A DNA stretch of 63,549 nt, counting the filler, from Piptocephalis cylindrospora (lineage: Eukaryota), in the NCBI GenBank assembly GCA_003614145.1. It is 22 parts of 22 records of this genome, joined end to end, with 100 filler letters (N's around TTAATTAATTAA, not from the genome) between each part and the next. Parts side by side here need not be neighbours in the genome. Positions count along the whole stretch, not along the records: positions 8,768 to 11,588 come from KZ988842.1; positions 11,689 to 14,504 come from KZ988843.1; positions 14,605 to 17,419 come from KZ988844.1; positions 17,520 to 20,334 come from KZ988845.1; positions 20,435 to 23,246 come from KZ988846.1; positions 23,347 to 26,043 come from KZ988847.1; 16 more parts are not named here. The stretch is one strand, 5' to 3'. Both the position numbers and the translations under genes were made by a program. Below the pieces are notes generated by a model. The model had not been told where the DNA came from. It did no database searches and saw nothing but the letters and a program-made list of their open reading frames with translations. Shown here piece after piece: positions 10,899-23,750 of this stretch; the first letter of the stretch is position 1, and each line of letters opens with the position of its first letter.

Positions 10899-13586
10899 CT
10901 TTAAGGTTCGTTTCAAGATGTGATAATCGGGATGAATGGCCGTTGTTGATTGCCAGAAAGTCACGGAATGAGGCAGCGTTGCTATGGATTGTACAAGTGA
11001 GGAAATGATAAAGGGCAGCAAAATGTTGTTATGGTCCGTTGCTCTATTACGGATATTTATTTAGGCTAGGACGCGGACATGGGTAGGACTCGGGATGGAA
11101 TGTGTTTCTGATCTCTGTCTCATAACAGCATGGGTCACTTTAAATCAACACAATCATCATGTGTGTATTTCCCAGCCAAATGGACAAAGTGAAACATGGA
11201 TAAAAGCTGTGCTTGGTTCTCTATGCAAGATATTAAGGGGGCCAAGTGTCATCTACAGCTTGTATGGGGTCGTTTGTACTATTGTGCGGCCCAGGAATAT
11301 ACAACTGCTTGTAATGCGAAACTATTGGTGTCATAAACACACGTGCGCACGCGACACTTCCAATCTATACAGTTAGTACAAGTGCAATATACATTTGCTG
11401 GGCTACGCTTAGTGGTAGGCTCTCATTGACTGACCAATTGTCCAGCTCTGTAAGTTTGGATGAAAATAAACCAATTGGCAGATTATAGTTTAACGTACTC
11501 GAACTATCTAGGCTCAAACTACAGGATGGCATAATCTTTCTTCCTTACCCCGATAGTACCTACAAGGTCTTCCCCCATCCCAGAAACCNNNNNNNNNNNN
11601 NNNNNNNNNNNNNNNNNNNNNNNNNNNNNNNNTTAATTAATTAANNNNNNNNNNNNNNNNNNNNNNNNNNNNNNNNNNNNNNNNNNNNAGAGTCAGAGGT
11701 AAGAAGGGGCCAGGGGAATCAGGCGGGGAAGGGCAAAACGACTATTCTTCATGTAGGAATTGTCGTATTGATTCTGGCGTGCAGCACATTGAGGGAGTAT
11801 GAGACCTCCTTGATGGCTCGAGAAATCCCATGAGAGATGGGAGGGGAGGACCGGCTCAAAGGAAAGTCCCGAGAAACTGGAAACCAGGGCAGGATCTCCG
11901 GTCTCTTCTACCTTTTCCAAGATTCATGCGATGTGTCGGGCATAAGAGCGGAGATTGAGCGGTTTGAGAAGGGGACCTGTCTTGAAGATGGCACCCCATT
12001 TAAATGGGCCACAATGAAATCGGGGGAAGAGGAAATGATGGGGTGACTAGCGGCGCTCTCGGTCCGTTCGTTTACCGACCGTACGACACAGATCTTCAAT
12101 TGTTGGGGTGTGAGTCTGCGGACTGGGCTAGACAGTATCTGCACCTACATCGGTGCATGTCTGTTCGGTGTGTGTCTGTATCGGGGCGCCTATATCGGCC
12201 TACCTGTGGGGAGACAGTGATGTGAATGAGGACTTGCTTTCCCAGGGCGGCGGAGTAAGGGAGAGATCAGATGGTGCATGTGTGTACAAAAGATTGGAGT
12301 GGAAGAGCTCAAGATTGTATGATGATTGTTGGGATGAATGGGGAAGATTAGCCCTGTGAGAATCCACCATGGAGTTTGTTAATCATGTACAATGTTTCGC
12401 ACCATCTCACCCACTCTTCACCCTGGACGGGCCGTACAATGAGGCCATTTTCGGGATAGAGGAAAAGATCATCGTCCCCTCGAAAAGAGCAGGCGTCAGA
12501 GTATGACCGCATTCAGGGCATACGGGTGCCTATAGAAGGCGGTCGCTTGAGTGAATCGACCACCCCTAAATATATCATATGGCTGTGAGTCATGAGAGTG
12601 AATGGGAGTAAATGTAATCCTTTAGCATCCACTGGGCCGCAACACTTATCTTTGAAGAGCATAGATATTTCAAATAAGATGCTGAGTCACGTTCCGGGCT
12701 TTCATCCGCCGAAAGAGCCGTTCTTCCTGTACCTTCCATTTTTAGGGGGATAAGGAAGGGGTAAGTGGTGAGGACATACATGCGAACAGGAACATGTGGA
12801 GTCTTGGGAAAGGTATAGGAATACATCAAGATATCACTGCGCTTGTCATCTGCTGACATAATTTCTTTCTTCCATCTTTTTTTTCACCAACGCCTCTTCC
12901 CTGGACGGGCTCTACCCGCCTAGGCAATAATACTGGCTCCTCTCCTCCCACAAGTAATGTGCGTCCTCTCGGATGAGATCATCCAGGAGAGCTTCTCAGA
13001 TGCTTCCTATATCCTGGCTAAAACCCTCACTGCCTCTCCTAGGCTACATCCCTGGCGTTCAGGGCGACTATCCTACTGCATGCTTCCATGAATCCCAACT
13101 CTCTCATATTCTTTAAGCCATCGTAGGGGCTACTCCAGCCTTTCGTCTCCAGAAGCGTCATTACCAGTCATTCCATGGCGCCTCGCCCAGCGCTCGGATG
13201 AGCCAAAAATACCTGTGAGGTATATGCCCCTCTCTTTCTTCGTAGGCAATAAGCACTGTCCCATTTAAAACAGTGCCCCACCAATCCTCATATGCAGTGG
13301 GGTTCATCTCGATAGATTTAAAACCCCGCTCTATCAGCACCAATCTCCATTCAAGCTCCTGCACATATTCCACACTGTTATAACTCTGGCTTCAGCTCCA
13401 CCAAATTCCGCTTCCATTTTCCTGACCCGTCTACCTCTTCCTTCTCTTCTCCCTCCCGCTCTGTTCTCTGTTTTGTCGTCCTACTCAATCCCCTCCCCTC
13501 CCATCCCCTCCCCTCCCTTCCCTTCACTCCTCTTCCCTTTCATACCTAGTTGCAATTCGCTCAATCTTCACTCGGTTTACGTCACC

Positions 13587-14504
13587 ATGCCAAAGGTCAC
13601 TACAGCAGGAAGGAAGCCTCTTCCCATGCTATCTCCCTCCCCATCCCTGACAGGACAAATATCGTCGACAGAAAGACTGAATCCCATGGTGGAATCTTCG
13701 GTCATATCCAGGCCACTTGCCCTGCTGCCCTCTGGATTAATGGCACCAATCCAGTTCGCCCCAGTTCAAGTACCCTCCTCAATATCTCAGCCTTCTCAAA
13801 CACCAGTGGCGGCATCAGCCCAGCAAGATACCCTGTGGCCTGATCAAGATCCTCCACGACGCCGACCGGGTAGGAAACCCAAGTACCATACGGTGGAGGA
13901 ACGTCGAGCGCAGAACCGAGAGGCTCAAAGGCTTTTTCGTGCCAAGAAGGAGCAACGTATTCTTGATCTCGAGGCTCAAGTCCAGGAGCTGGAGGACGAG
14001 ATAAGTCGGTTACAACAGGATAATGCCTCTCTGACCCGCACCAATGTTCATCTCTCTTCCCTCCTCACCACCCCTACCTCCACCATGACCACGGCCTCCT
14101 CCTCCGCCGCCACCGTATGCTCCCCCTTTAGCCTGCCTCACTCCCCCTTCTCCCCGGTCATTCAGCTGGATGAGGTGGCCCAGATCAAGGATGAAATGCC
14201 TGCGGAGTCGGGCCACGACGAGTTTCACTCTTCCTCTGTCCCCTTCTCCCACTACACTTCCTCTCCTCCTCCCATGGATCAAGTTCAAGGATCCCCTGAG
14301 AATCAGATGTTTCGGACCCATGACCCATCCCTCATCCCAGCCTCCATGGATACCTCTTCCCCATCACCCACCTCACCCTCCTTTCCCATATTCCCAGCGA
14401 CCTCATTTCCGAGTACTTTTACCGAAAACCCCTTTCCAGTCTCTTCCTTGCCCACCCTATCCTTTTCCGAGCCCTTTTTACCCATATCTGCCTCACACGC
14501 CCTA
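13587..14504 (+). CDS. bZIP transcription factor (AP-1/Yap-like basic region), 3'-truncated
   Basis: GRKPK...RRAQNREAQRLFRAKKEQRI followed by a heptad leucine zipper (LEAQVQELEDEISRLQQDNASL). Confidence 0.92.
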
Positions 14505-14604
14505 NNNNNNNNNNNNNNNNNNNNNNNNNNNNNNNNNNNNNNNNNNNNTTAATTAATTAANNNNNNNNNNNNNNNNNNNNNNNNNNNNNNNNNNNNNNNN
14601 NNNN

Positions 14605-14637
<33 letters not shown>

Positions 14638-15102
14638 TTTACTTACCTCAGCAGGGAACGTAGATAGGTGAGATCAGAGACTAAACCCTTGGTTCGTGCG
14701 CTCAACTGATGCCATATAGGTTCCAGCTGTCTCCTTACTATCTGATCCAGTGCCCTGGATAAGGCCATATCCAGAGTCATTTCTTCTACTTCCACCTGTG
14801 CATAAAAAGAGAGAGGCAGAGGAGGGAAAAGTATAAAGGGGTCAGTCACTCGACTTACGAATCCCATCAGCCTCCTCCTTTGATCCTCCACATACCCGGG
14901 AGGAAGCCCGTCGTAGTTCTGCAAGAGTAGATTCTAGGCAATCTACAAGACCTGCCTGGATACCCCGCATGGACCGGGTCATGGGTTGCCGTAGTTCAAT
15001 GACCTCGGACACCACCTTATCCTCCCCCTCTAGATCCTCCTTGATGGTCAGATGAAATCGGGGCCACAACTGAACCTTTCGTAAAGAAAGCGCCTTCATG
15101 GT
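14605..15102 (-). repeat. Inverted duplicate of ~16923-17419 (XPF segment); probable amplification chimera
   Basis: Reverse-complement identity including the intron and terminal poly-G/C; identical ORF translations on opposite strands. Confidence 0.9.
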
Positions 15103-15811
15103 ATCGGGCTTGCCTTGGCCGTCATAATGGTCGCGGATCTAGCAGGAGCAGCAGTAACCTTGAAAGACGAGATGAGGATGGAGAGAGGACAAGGAGTGTG
15201 GGAGCGGAGTTGAGAAGGGAAAGCGGCAAGGAGCCATTGAGCAGAGAATGGTACTATGGGATGGGGATGGGTCCTGTGGGAGCGGAGTAGAGGTCGCTAC
15301 CCCAGCCAGGACCATCAAGCTACCATTGTCCACCCAGACCCCGTCATGGCGCCCAGGGCGTGTCCCTAGTGAGAAATAGATTGGCTTTGATCATTGGCGG
15401 AGTCTAACTGGGAGGAATAGGTTTGAATAGATGGGAGGGGCTTGAATGACATTTTCAAAACACCGAGACAGCCCCACCGTCTTAATCTAGAAATTCTTTT
15501 GGTCATCTAAACAGCATGGTGCTACTGGAGGTTTAAATGCCTTAGATCTAGATTTATCCCTCGGTGATCTTTTTGATGTTTTAATTGCTGGGAAAAGGGG
15601 GAAATCAAAGTAAAGTGTTGCTATGGATAGCTGTGCAGCGAGGGCTAAATATAAGTCATTAGCTGTGCTTACCGTAGTAACCTTTGACCGATCTTTGGGG
15701 GAAAAAGAGAATGACCCGATTCTTTTTGAAGAGAGTAATGCCTGCAAACAACTTTGGGGATTATGGGATGATTGAAAAAGTGAATGAGCTTTAGAAGCAA
15801 TGGGAATTGAC

Positions 15812-15913
15812 GCACTCCTGGTATCACACATGCCAGCTATCTTAGCAGACACTGTGTTCGGATGCCCATTCACCTACCCCCACTGGGGGAAATAAAATGG
15901 CTTCATCATCATC
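15812..15913. repeat. Dispersed ~100-bp repeat, copy B
   Basis: Diverged copy of 3066-3166. Confidence 0.8.
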
Positions 15914-16285
15914 ATCAGCAATAGGAATCGACAGTCTCGTTCTAAATTTCATGAGCCGAATACATATGATGGAATTCAAGTTCCTCTTATGGTGCATTAA
16001 TGCCTTTTACGTCCCAATCCGATGACTTGGTTTAGTTTAGAGATATAGTAGAATTGTTATTATATCCATAGGGTCCAAGCACTGAAAGTATCGTGTCAAA
16101 GAAAACCAGTCCGCACTCCGATCCCTCAGTCTCACTATGAGTCATATTGATCCCGTAAGGGCAACTAAAATGTAGCCTGTTATGCCCCTTAGCGCCACAA
16201 TAACAATGAGCCTCGAGAGAAGGGTGTCATGCGACAAGAAGTATCTCCTCCACTTCCATTCCCTTGTTCTTTCTTCCCCACCACC

Positions 16286-17378
16286 ATGTTGCAATTGCCG
16301 TGCGAGCGTGCCATCTTTGTGGACTTTAGCTCAGAGGAGGAAGGGGCTTTGTCTGTCCTGGCCCACGGCCTTCCCCTCCATACACTGATCTCGCACTACC
16401 TCGCAGCCGCCTCAGTCCCCGAGGCCTTTGTCCTAGTGGTAGGAACAGACCAAGAAACGGTGGGCCGGATTAACGAGACTCTCTTTTCTCTGGGAACATC
16501 CCCTGTTCAGTATCTCACCAATGAGACCTCCATCAAGGACCGGTACGCAGGAGTGTAGGGAGTAAAGTGTCCTTTCTCTGACATCACACCATTACAGACA
16601 GGCACTTTATCTAAAGGGCGGCGTCACGGCCGTCACGTCACGAATCTTGGTAGTGGATATGCTTCTGGAACGTCTTCCCATTCACCTGGTGACTGGACTA
16701 GTCGTGTTGAATGCACATCGGTAGGTACACAGAACTAACAAAACTCTTGCCATCTCCCTCTATTCATACTTCCTGACCACGACTTTAGTGTCAAGGCCGA
16801 GAGTACGGAGGCATTCATTATTCGACTTTATCGGCAGGGCAATACTCAAGGGTTTATTCGGGCATTCTCGGATGCCCCCGAACGTCTCTCGCCCATCGGT
16901 CGGTTTTCCTCTTTGGAAAAAACCATGAAGGCGCTTTCTTTACGAAAGGTTCAGTTGTGGCCCCGATTTCATCTGACCATCAAGGAGGATCTAGAGGGGG
17001 AGGATAAGGTGGTGTCCGAGGTCATTGAACTACGGCAACCCATGACCCGGTCCATGCGGGGTATCCAGGCAGGTCTTGTAGATTGCCTAGAATCTACTCT
17101 TGCAGAACTACGACGGGCTTCCTCCCGGGTATGTGGAGGATCAAAGGAGGAGGCTGATGGGATTCGTAAGTCGAGTGACTGACCCCTTTATACTTTTCCC
17201 TCCTCTGCCTCTCTCTTTTTATGCACAGGTGGAAGTAGAAGAAATGACTCTGGATATGGCCTTATCCAGGGCACTGGATCAGATAGTAAGGAGACAGCTG
17301 GAACCTATATGGCATCAGTTGAGCGCACGAACCAAGGGTTTAGTCTCTGATCTCACCTATCTACGTTCCCTGCTGAGG
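16286..17378 (+). CDS. RAD1: XPF/Rad1/ERCC4 DNA repair endonuclease, N-terminal helicase-like part, multi-exon, truncated
   Basis: Conserved blocks LYLKGGVTAVTSRILVVDML, GLVVLNAH, EAFIIRLYRQGNTQGFIRAFSDAPE and LWPRFH, separated by GT-AG introns. Confidence 0.93.
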
Positions 17379-17386
17379 TAAGTAAA

Positions 17387-17419
<33 letters not shown>

Positions 17420-18447
17420 NNNNNNNNNNNNNNNNNNNNNNNNNNNNNNNNNNNNNNNNNNNNTTAATTAATTAANNNNNNNNNNNNNNNNNNNNNNNNN
17501 NNNNNNNNNNNNNNNNNNNGGGGGGGGGGGAGGAAGGAGGGGGGATGGGAAATAACAGATGTCGGGTGGAAGAGAGGAGGAGAGAGAGAGAGAGGGAGAG
17601 GAAAGGAAAGAAGAGGGTGGGGAGAGGGGTGTGAGGAGGAGCGGGGAGTGAGAAGGAAGGTGATGAGAGGAGCTGGGGGGCTAGAAGGGAGGGGGAGAGA
17701 ACACACGGGCTTGCTGGCGGGAGAAGCGGCTAGAGGCACAGGGAGGGAGAAGCGCGCGGTAGGGGGACGGAAGGATGGCCAAGGGCAGTGTGAGCACACA
17801 CACACACACACACACGGGAAAAAGTCGTAGTAGTAGCAGCTAGGAGAGACAGAGATGTCTAGCGGCCGCCGTAGCTCTTGGTTGGTGGAGCGGGGTCGAC
17901 CAGAGCTGACCGCCTCTGCAGCGCATAGATGGACCTGGATAGTGTGTGTGTGTGTCGGCGTCTGGTTGGGGAGGCATTCACGCACACATACGCACACACA
18001 CATTCTGTATGATGAGAGAGAAGCCCCTCTCTCCCACAGTGTGGGCAGAAAGAGAGTCGGACTCTGAAGGAACAAAAGGCGGACTTGAAGAGAAGGGAGG
18101 AGATTCAAAGAGCGGGCGAAATCTTGGTGAGTCAGTGGGTGTATAGGATGGACTGGGCTGGAAAGAAGATGGATAAATGGAGGAGTGTGAGATATATTTT
18201 GATCTCTATGAATTTCCAGGCTGCCATACTCAACTCGTATCCTTACAATCCGCGAATTGGATTAGTCTCACTCTAACTCCCATTTACTGCATAATGGAAA
18301 GGGCGTGGGAGACGATGATCAGAATGATTGATATTTTAAAGAACAGGAAAGGCAGTAGCAACAAATCAAAAGCCTCCTGAACTATGTATATCCAAGGACA
18401 CTAGAAGAAGGAGAATATTTCGTCAACCCTCCCCCCCTCCCCCCTTT

Positions 18448-19383
18448 CTACAAGTCATCAGGGAACACTCCCTCCCCGTGAAAGACAGTAAAGCCGAAAA
18501 AGGGAATGCCGGTGATGAGACGTTTCCTCTCAGTCACCTTGGCATCCAGCTCCTGGACATACTCCTGGGACAGAGGGGCCAGATCAATGTTACTTTCAAT
18601 CCTGGCCGGGGTGACAGATTTGGGCAGGACAGACGTGCCTCTTTCAATGGCCCAAGCTAGGACAACTTGAGCAGGAGACCGCTTGGTCCGACGGGCAATG
18701 TCCTCAATAACCGGGTGGTCCAGAACGGCCTTTCCTGACCCAATAGGGCAGTAGGCAGAGAGATGAATATCCTCCTTAGCGCAAAATTCCAGGAGTTCAG
18801 CCTGAGGAAGAAGGGGATGGAGCTCAACCTGATTGACCGCAGGCCTGACTTTGCAGTGACTCAAGAGCCTCTGAAGATGGGGGATGTCAAAATTGGATAC
18901 ACCGATGGCCTTGACCTTGCCCGTGTCCAAAAGGGCCTCCATGGCCTGCCAAGTATCAAGGAAGGTGACTCCTTCATCCCGGATGTGCCAGCCCCGGGCG
19001 TCCTGCTGGGTGAGGCCTTCCTTGGTGAGGGCGACAGGCCAGTGCATCAGATACAGATCCAAGTAATCAACCTGGAGATACTTTAAGGACTGTTCCAGGG
19101 CAGGAAGGACATCGACCGGTCGATGCTTGTCGTTCCACAGCTTGGACGTTATGAAGAGCTTGTCTCTGGGAATGGCCGGAGAGTAGGTTCTGATGGCCTG
19201 GCCAATCTCCCTCTCATTGGCATAGTACGCCGCGCAATCCACATGACGATACCCGGCCCCGAGGGCGCAATGAATCGCCCGAGACAACTCCTCTTGATCC
19301 GTGGAATCAAACGTTCCTAGGCCAACAGCGGGGATTTGGGCTCCAGTATTGAGAGTAAATGTTTTTTGACCGAGGTTTGCCAT
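18448..19383 (-). CDS. Aldo/keto reductase (AKR1/Gcy1-like)
   Basis: Catalytic tetrad motifs GYRHVDCAAYY, ITSKLW and LYLMHWP; also AIGVSNF, NQVELHP, LPKSV; complete 311 aa. Confidence 0.97.
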   Translation of the reverse strand: MANLGQKTFTLNTGAQIPAVGLGTFDSTDQEELSRAIHCALGAGYRHVDCAAYYANEREIGQAIRTYSPAIPRDKLFITSKLWNDKHRPVDVLPALEQSLKYLQVDYLDLYLMHWPVALTKEGLTQQDARGWHIRDEGVTFLDTWQAMEALLDTGKVKAIGVSNFDIPHLQRLLSHCKVRPAVNQVELHPLLPQAELLEFCAKEDIHLSAYCPIGSGKAVLDHPVIEDIARRTKRSPAQVVLAWAIERGTSVLPKSVTPARIESNIDLAPLSQEYVQELDAKVTERKRLITGIPFFGFTVFHGEGVFPDDL

Positions 19384-21926
19384 GGTGAAATGAATGGATG
19401 GATGAGTAAATAGATGGTGGGGGAAGGATAAAAGAAATATGACTGTGGGAAAATGGGCGTGATGTGGAGGGTACTTAAATAGTCGACGGTACTCACTCTA
19501 GCCCAAGATGACGTGTTGTTTCACTTGCCAGGCCCGCATCTGCCCAACCAAAGAGTTTCAGCTATTCTGTCGTTAAACTGAGTGAACTGTGTGGAATAAA
19601 TTGTGTATTCGCCGATTTATACTCAAGATACTGATTTAAAGGACCTAGTTAGCACTACTAATTTGGTATTAAAGGACATGGCTATTACTCCATACTCCAT
19701 TAATCAAAAGCCAAAAAGAATAAAGCACATTCAATTTCCTTTTTATCCATCCTATAGGGGGGATAACACAGGAATTATACTGTCGCTATGATATGCTTAG
19801 CTATTCCTCCTGTTCACTGAGTGTCCATGAGTTCGCGTAAAGGACAATTCAAAATCTCCCTTGATGGCTAGCCATTTTATCGATCTTCACCTATAGGAAA
19901 GTCGCAATTTCCCCGATACTTGGGTAAAGGGCCAATGGTAAGGGATGAGATGATCACTCATCTGCTGGTCCTTTCCTGTCCTTTCCCCCCTCCCCTTGGG
20001 AGCCTTGAGGGCGGCATCGTGGTAGAATTACAAGGTTATTCCAGGCAGGAGGACCACTTTACTTGACTATACCAAGCGCTGCCATGAACAGGGCTGCCCA
20101 GTCAATCCCTGACCCTGGGCTTGGGAATACATGTCCGCTCCCTGCTACCTCCACTGCTTTAAAGGGAAGCACAGTCTATCTTGCCCAATTGTACTTCCTC
20201 GGTATCCAGTTCATCTTGCCGCTGTCCCCTCCTTCTCCCTTTCCCTCCTGTCCCCCTCTCCCTATTCCTCCCCACTCTTCTCACTCCTTCCCTCCCTCCT
20301 TCCCAGGGAAGCCATCCTGCCGTCTTCCTTGGCTNNNNNNNNNNNNNNNNNNNNNNNNNNNNNNNNNNNNNNNNNNNNTTAATTAATTAANNNNNNNNNN
20401 NNNNNNNNNNNNNNNNNNNNNNNNNNNNNNNNNNCCATCCCATTGGTGTTATACCCTACTCTAGGGACTTCCCATGGGTACGCTTCGCCTTGCCAGGATA
20501 AGATTCATCTCCTCATGAGAGGAGCCTTCTTCCCTCCAGAATTATACCTCATCCCCTCCCGACAGGATGATCTCCTCTATGCCATGCGCCTCCCCCCCTC
20601 CTTCCTTCCATGATGATGCAGAGTACAGGTTACTCTCCTCCCCATTGCACAAAGGGAATCACTGATTCATGCCCATCTCCAAATCTAGCCACCTCTCATC
20701 GATTCACCCACACACAGTACCCGATCCTGGCCATGGACCGGTCTTGCCAATTCATTCACCCGGCCCGATGGTCAGGTCCATGGGTACACACATACATTAG
20801 CTGCGAGGGGGAGATGGGACAAGCTAGGAGATATACGACAACGGACACTGGGGCACAGACATAGGCACAAACGGTGATGGGGACGAGACCAAGTCGGCAT
20901 ACAGACGGCGAAACCAGCCAAGACTATAATTCATCTTGCATGTCATTTCCGAGCGATTTCGTTAACTATATAATCAAGGGAGAGGATAGGCCCCCTCCCT
21001 AAATCCTATCCCTCCTCTCGGTCCACCAACTTCTCATCCTCGTGCTCCTCCCCCTTTCTGACCCATCCCCTTGATCACTTGCCCTTTCCAACCAGCCCAT
21101 CATCCTCTAGGTTCCATCTCTGCTCTTTGTCATACTGCCTTTCCCAGCGTGCTCCCCCAAGTGAGCACCCGGGATCATCTTCTCCATCCCACCTGCTCTC
21201 CCTCTGCTCCCTCTGCTCCCTCTCTCTCTCTCTCCCTCCATATCTTCAATGGATCCTTGCCCTCACATCATTCCTACATCCGTCCATTCTCCCTAACCTA
21301 TCTCTTTCTGTCGTCTCTTTCTCCTTCTCTGTCTCCCTCTTCCCTTCTCTCTCTCTCCCTCTCTCTCTGTCTTCCACCTCATCCCCTCCCTTTCCCTCCC
21401 CTCACCTTGTCCCATACCTTCACCGTGCGTGTGTCTGTCTGAAGTGTGTACCACGCGGTCAATCTTGCCTCTCCACCAATCACTAACTTTGTGACCCGAT
21501 CTCTTGCTGCTGTCGTCGTCCTCATTTGTCCGTCTCATCGGATTGTCCTCACATTCTCTGTCTCCCATTTCGCACTCCGCCACCACACTTTACCGCTCGC
21601 TCACACTGCCCTCACACTGTCCTCACACTGCATTCACACTGCTCTTGCACTGCCCCTTTTTCTATCCTGCACTGGACCAACCGTGGCTCCCTTTTTCCAC
21701 CACATAAGCGCCCACGCCTGACTGCCAAAAAGTCATCACATCACCTCTCCCTTTCCCTTCTTCCTCTCCCTATTCTTCCTTAACAACAATATTCTTCCTC
21801 CCGTCCCCTCGTCGTATCCCTTCCCTTTCCCACCCGTTTTTCATCTCATTCTTCTCATCCTACCCTACTCCCCTATTTACTCCTGGCATCTACCCCCCCT
21901 CCTCCTCCCCTCTCCCTCCCCTCCCC

Positions 21927-23246
21927 ATGCTCTATTCAAAACCTACGTCGGTGGGTCCACGTACGGACCCTCCCCATTCCCTTCAAACTACCTCAAGTAT
22001 GCCTTCTCCCCTGGAACACCTTCGTAGTCTACTGTTCCGTTCCAACGGTGCCGTCTCCACCGCTACTGTCCTCCCCCAGCTCCGGTCCTTCACCACTCAT
22101 CCAGAGGCCGCAGCCGAGGCCCATCTTCTCATCGGCCTTATCTTTGAGTTTCCCATGCCCCCGGAGCCCTTTAATCCAAACTACACTCAGGCCTTCAATG
22201 CCTACACCGCTGCTCTACCCCATCCTGCCGCTGCCTCCAGACTCTCCTTCCTGACTCGGTATGGTCGTCCGGGTATCCCGGCCGATCGAAAGGTCTCCGC
22301 CCAGTACGCTTCCATTCCCAACATCAATCTCGCCTGGTTGGAGGATGCCGCCGCCCTGGGATGGGCACCAGCTCAGCATGCCCTTGCCACCTGTCACCAC
22401 GATGGCGTAGGCACTGCTCGTGATATGGCCCAGGCCTTTCGGTGGTATGCCCTTGCAGCAGGCCAGGGTCTTCCCTCCTCCATCACCGTCCTAGGCTACT
22501 GCTATGCCGACGGTGTTGGTACCCTCCGTAACCCTGACCGTGCATTTGCTCTCTACAGCCACGCTGCTTCCCTTGGTGATCCTGTCGCCATCTACAACGT
22601 CGGCTACTGTCTCGAGATTGGTGTCGGCGTCCCCAAGGATCCCTCCTCTGCCGTTAGATACTATCTGCGGGCCGCTCATGCAGGTCACGCTGTCGCTCAA
22701 AACGCTCTTGGTTACTGCTACGAGGATGGAGTGGGCTTTGAAAAGGCCGATCTGGAAGAGTCCATCCGCTGGTACCGTACCAGTGCGGAGGGCGGCTACA
22801 TGTGGGCCCAGTGCAACTTGGCCTTTGCCTACCAGCACGGCCGAGGTGTAACCGAGGACCCCGCTGAGGGTGCCAAGTGGTATGAAAAGGCCGCTATCCA
22901 AGGCCTTGCTCGCGCCCAACACAACCTAGGACACTGTTATCAGCATGGTCGGGGCGTCCAGCAAGACCAAGACCGTGCTATCTACTGGTATCGTGAAGCT
23001 GCCCGAAATGGCTCTCGCTATGCTCTACACTCTCTGGGCTTCTGCTACGAGATGGGTGAGGGTGTCGAACGTGACATGAATCGCGCCAAATCCTTCTACA
23101 CTCAGGCTGTTCACGCTGGCCATGCCCCTGCCATCCTCGCCATGGCTTTTCTCCTCCTCCGAGAGGAGGGAAATGAAGCCATGGCCATCGACTGGTTTAG
23201 ACGTGCTGCCGCTGGTGATGACCCTCTCGGGAGGCCCGCATCCTCC
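21927..23246 (+). CDS. Sel1-like repeat (SLR) protein, 3'-truncated
   Basis: About seven 36-aa repeats of the form AQxxLGxCYxxGxGVxxDxxxAxxWYxxAAxxG. Confidence 0.95.
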
Positions 23247-23750
23247 NNNNNNNNNNNNNNNNNNNNNNNNNNNNNNNNNNNNNNNNNNNNTTAATTAATT
23301 AANNNNNNNNNNNNNNNNNNNNNNNNNNNNNNNNNNNNNNNNNNNNCCTCCTACCCCTCTTTGCCAAGACCGACAAGATTGTCGCTGCCTAGTTTTCTCT
23401 GTTCTGTGATTTGTTCGAGAGTGACATAATATTGGACAATACTTATGACATCCCGGCATTATGACGGACACTCTTTCTTGCTAAACCCTGTGATACAATG
23501 AGGGGAACCCTCTTATTCTTTCCCCTCTTCCTTCGTGTCCACGATCTGTCAACCTAATAATAATAATCGCCGACTTTGCCCATTTTTAAATACACGAGGG
23601 AAATATCCCGCTCAACCATTTTCCTATCCTCCTCTTATCAGTCATACTCAATCAATTTTTGTATTTACTACGGCATTCACGTTATCCCGCTCGTCTCTCT
23701 TTCAGTTCCAGTCCCTGTTATTGCAGTTCTCCCTGTCGATCTAGAGAACC

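Noticed and set aside
11400..11450. tRNA-like start (GCTTAGTGGTAG); also GTTCGAAT near 31482
   Set aside because: No cloverleaf or paired A/B boxes could be built
14605..17419. ~500-bp terminal inverted repeats suggesting a TIR transposon or linear plasmid
   Set aside because: The arms are a perfect copy of XPF exons and intron; consistent with a fold-back chimera
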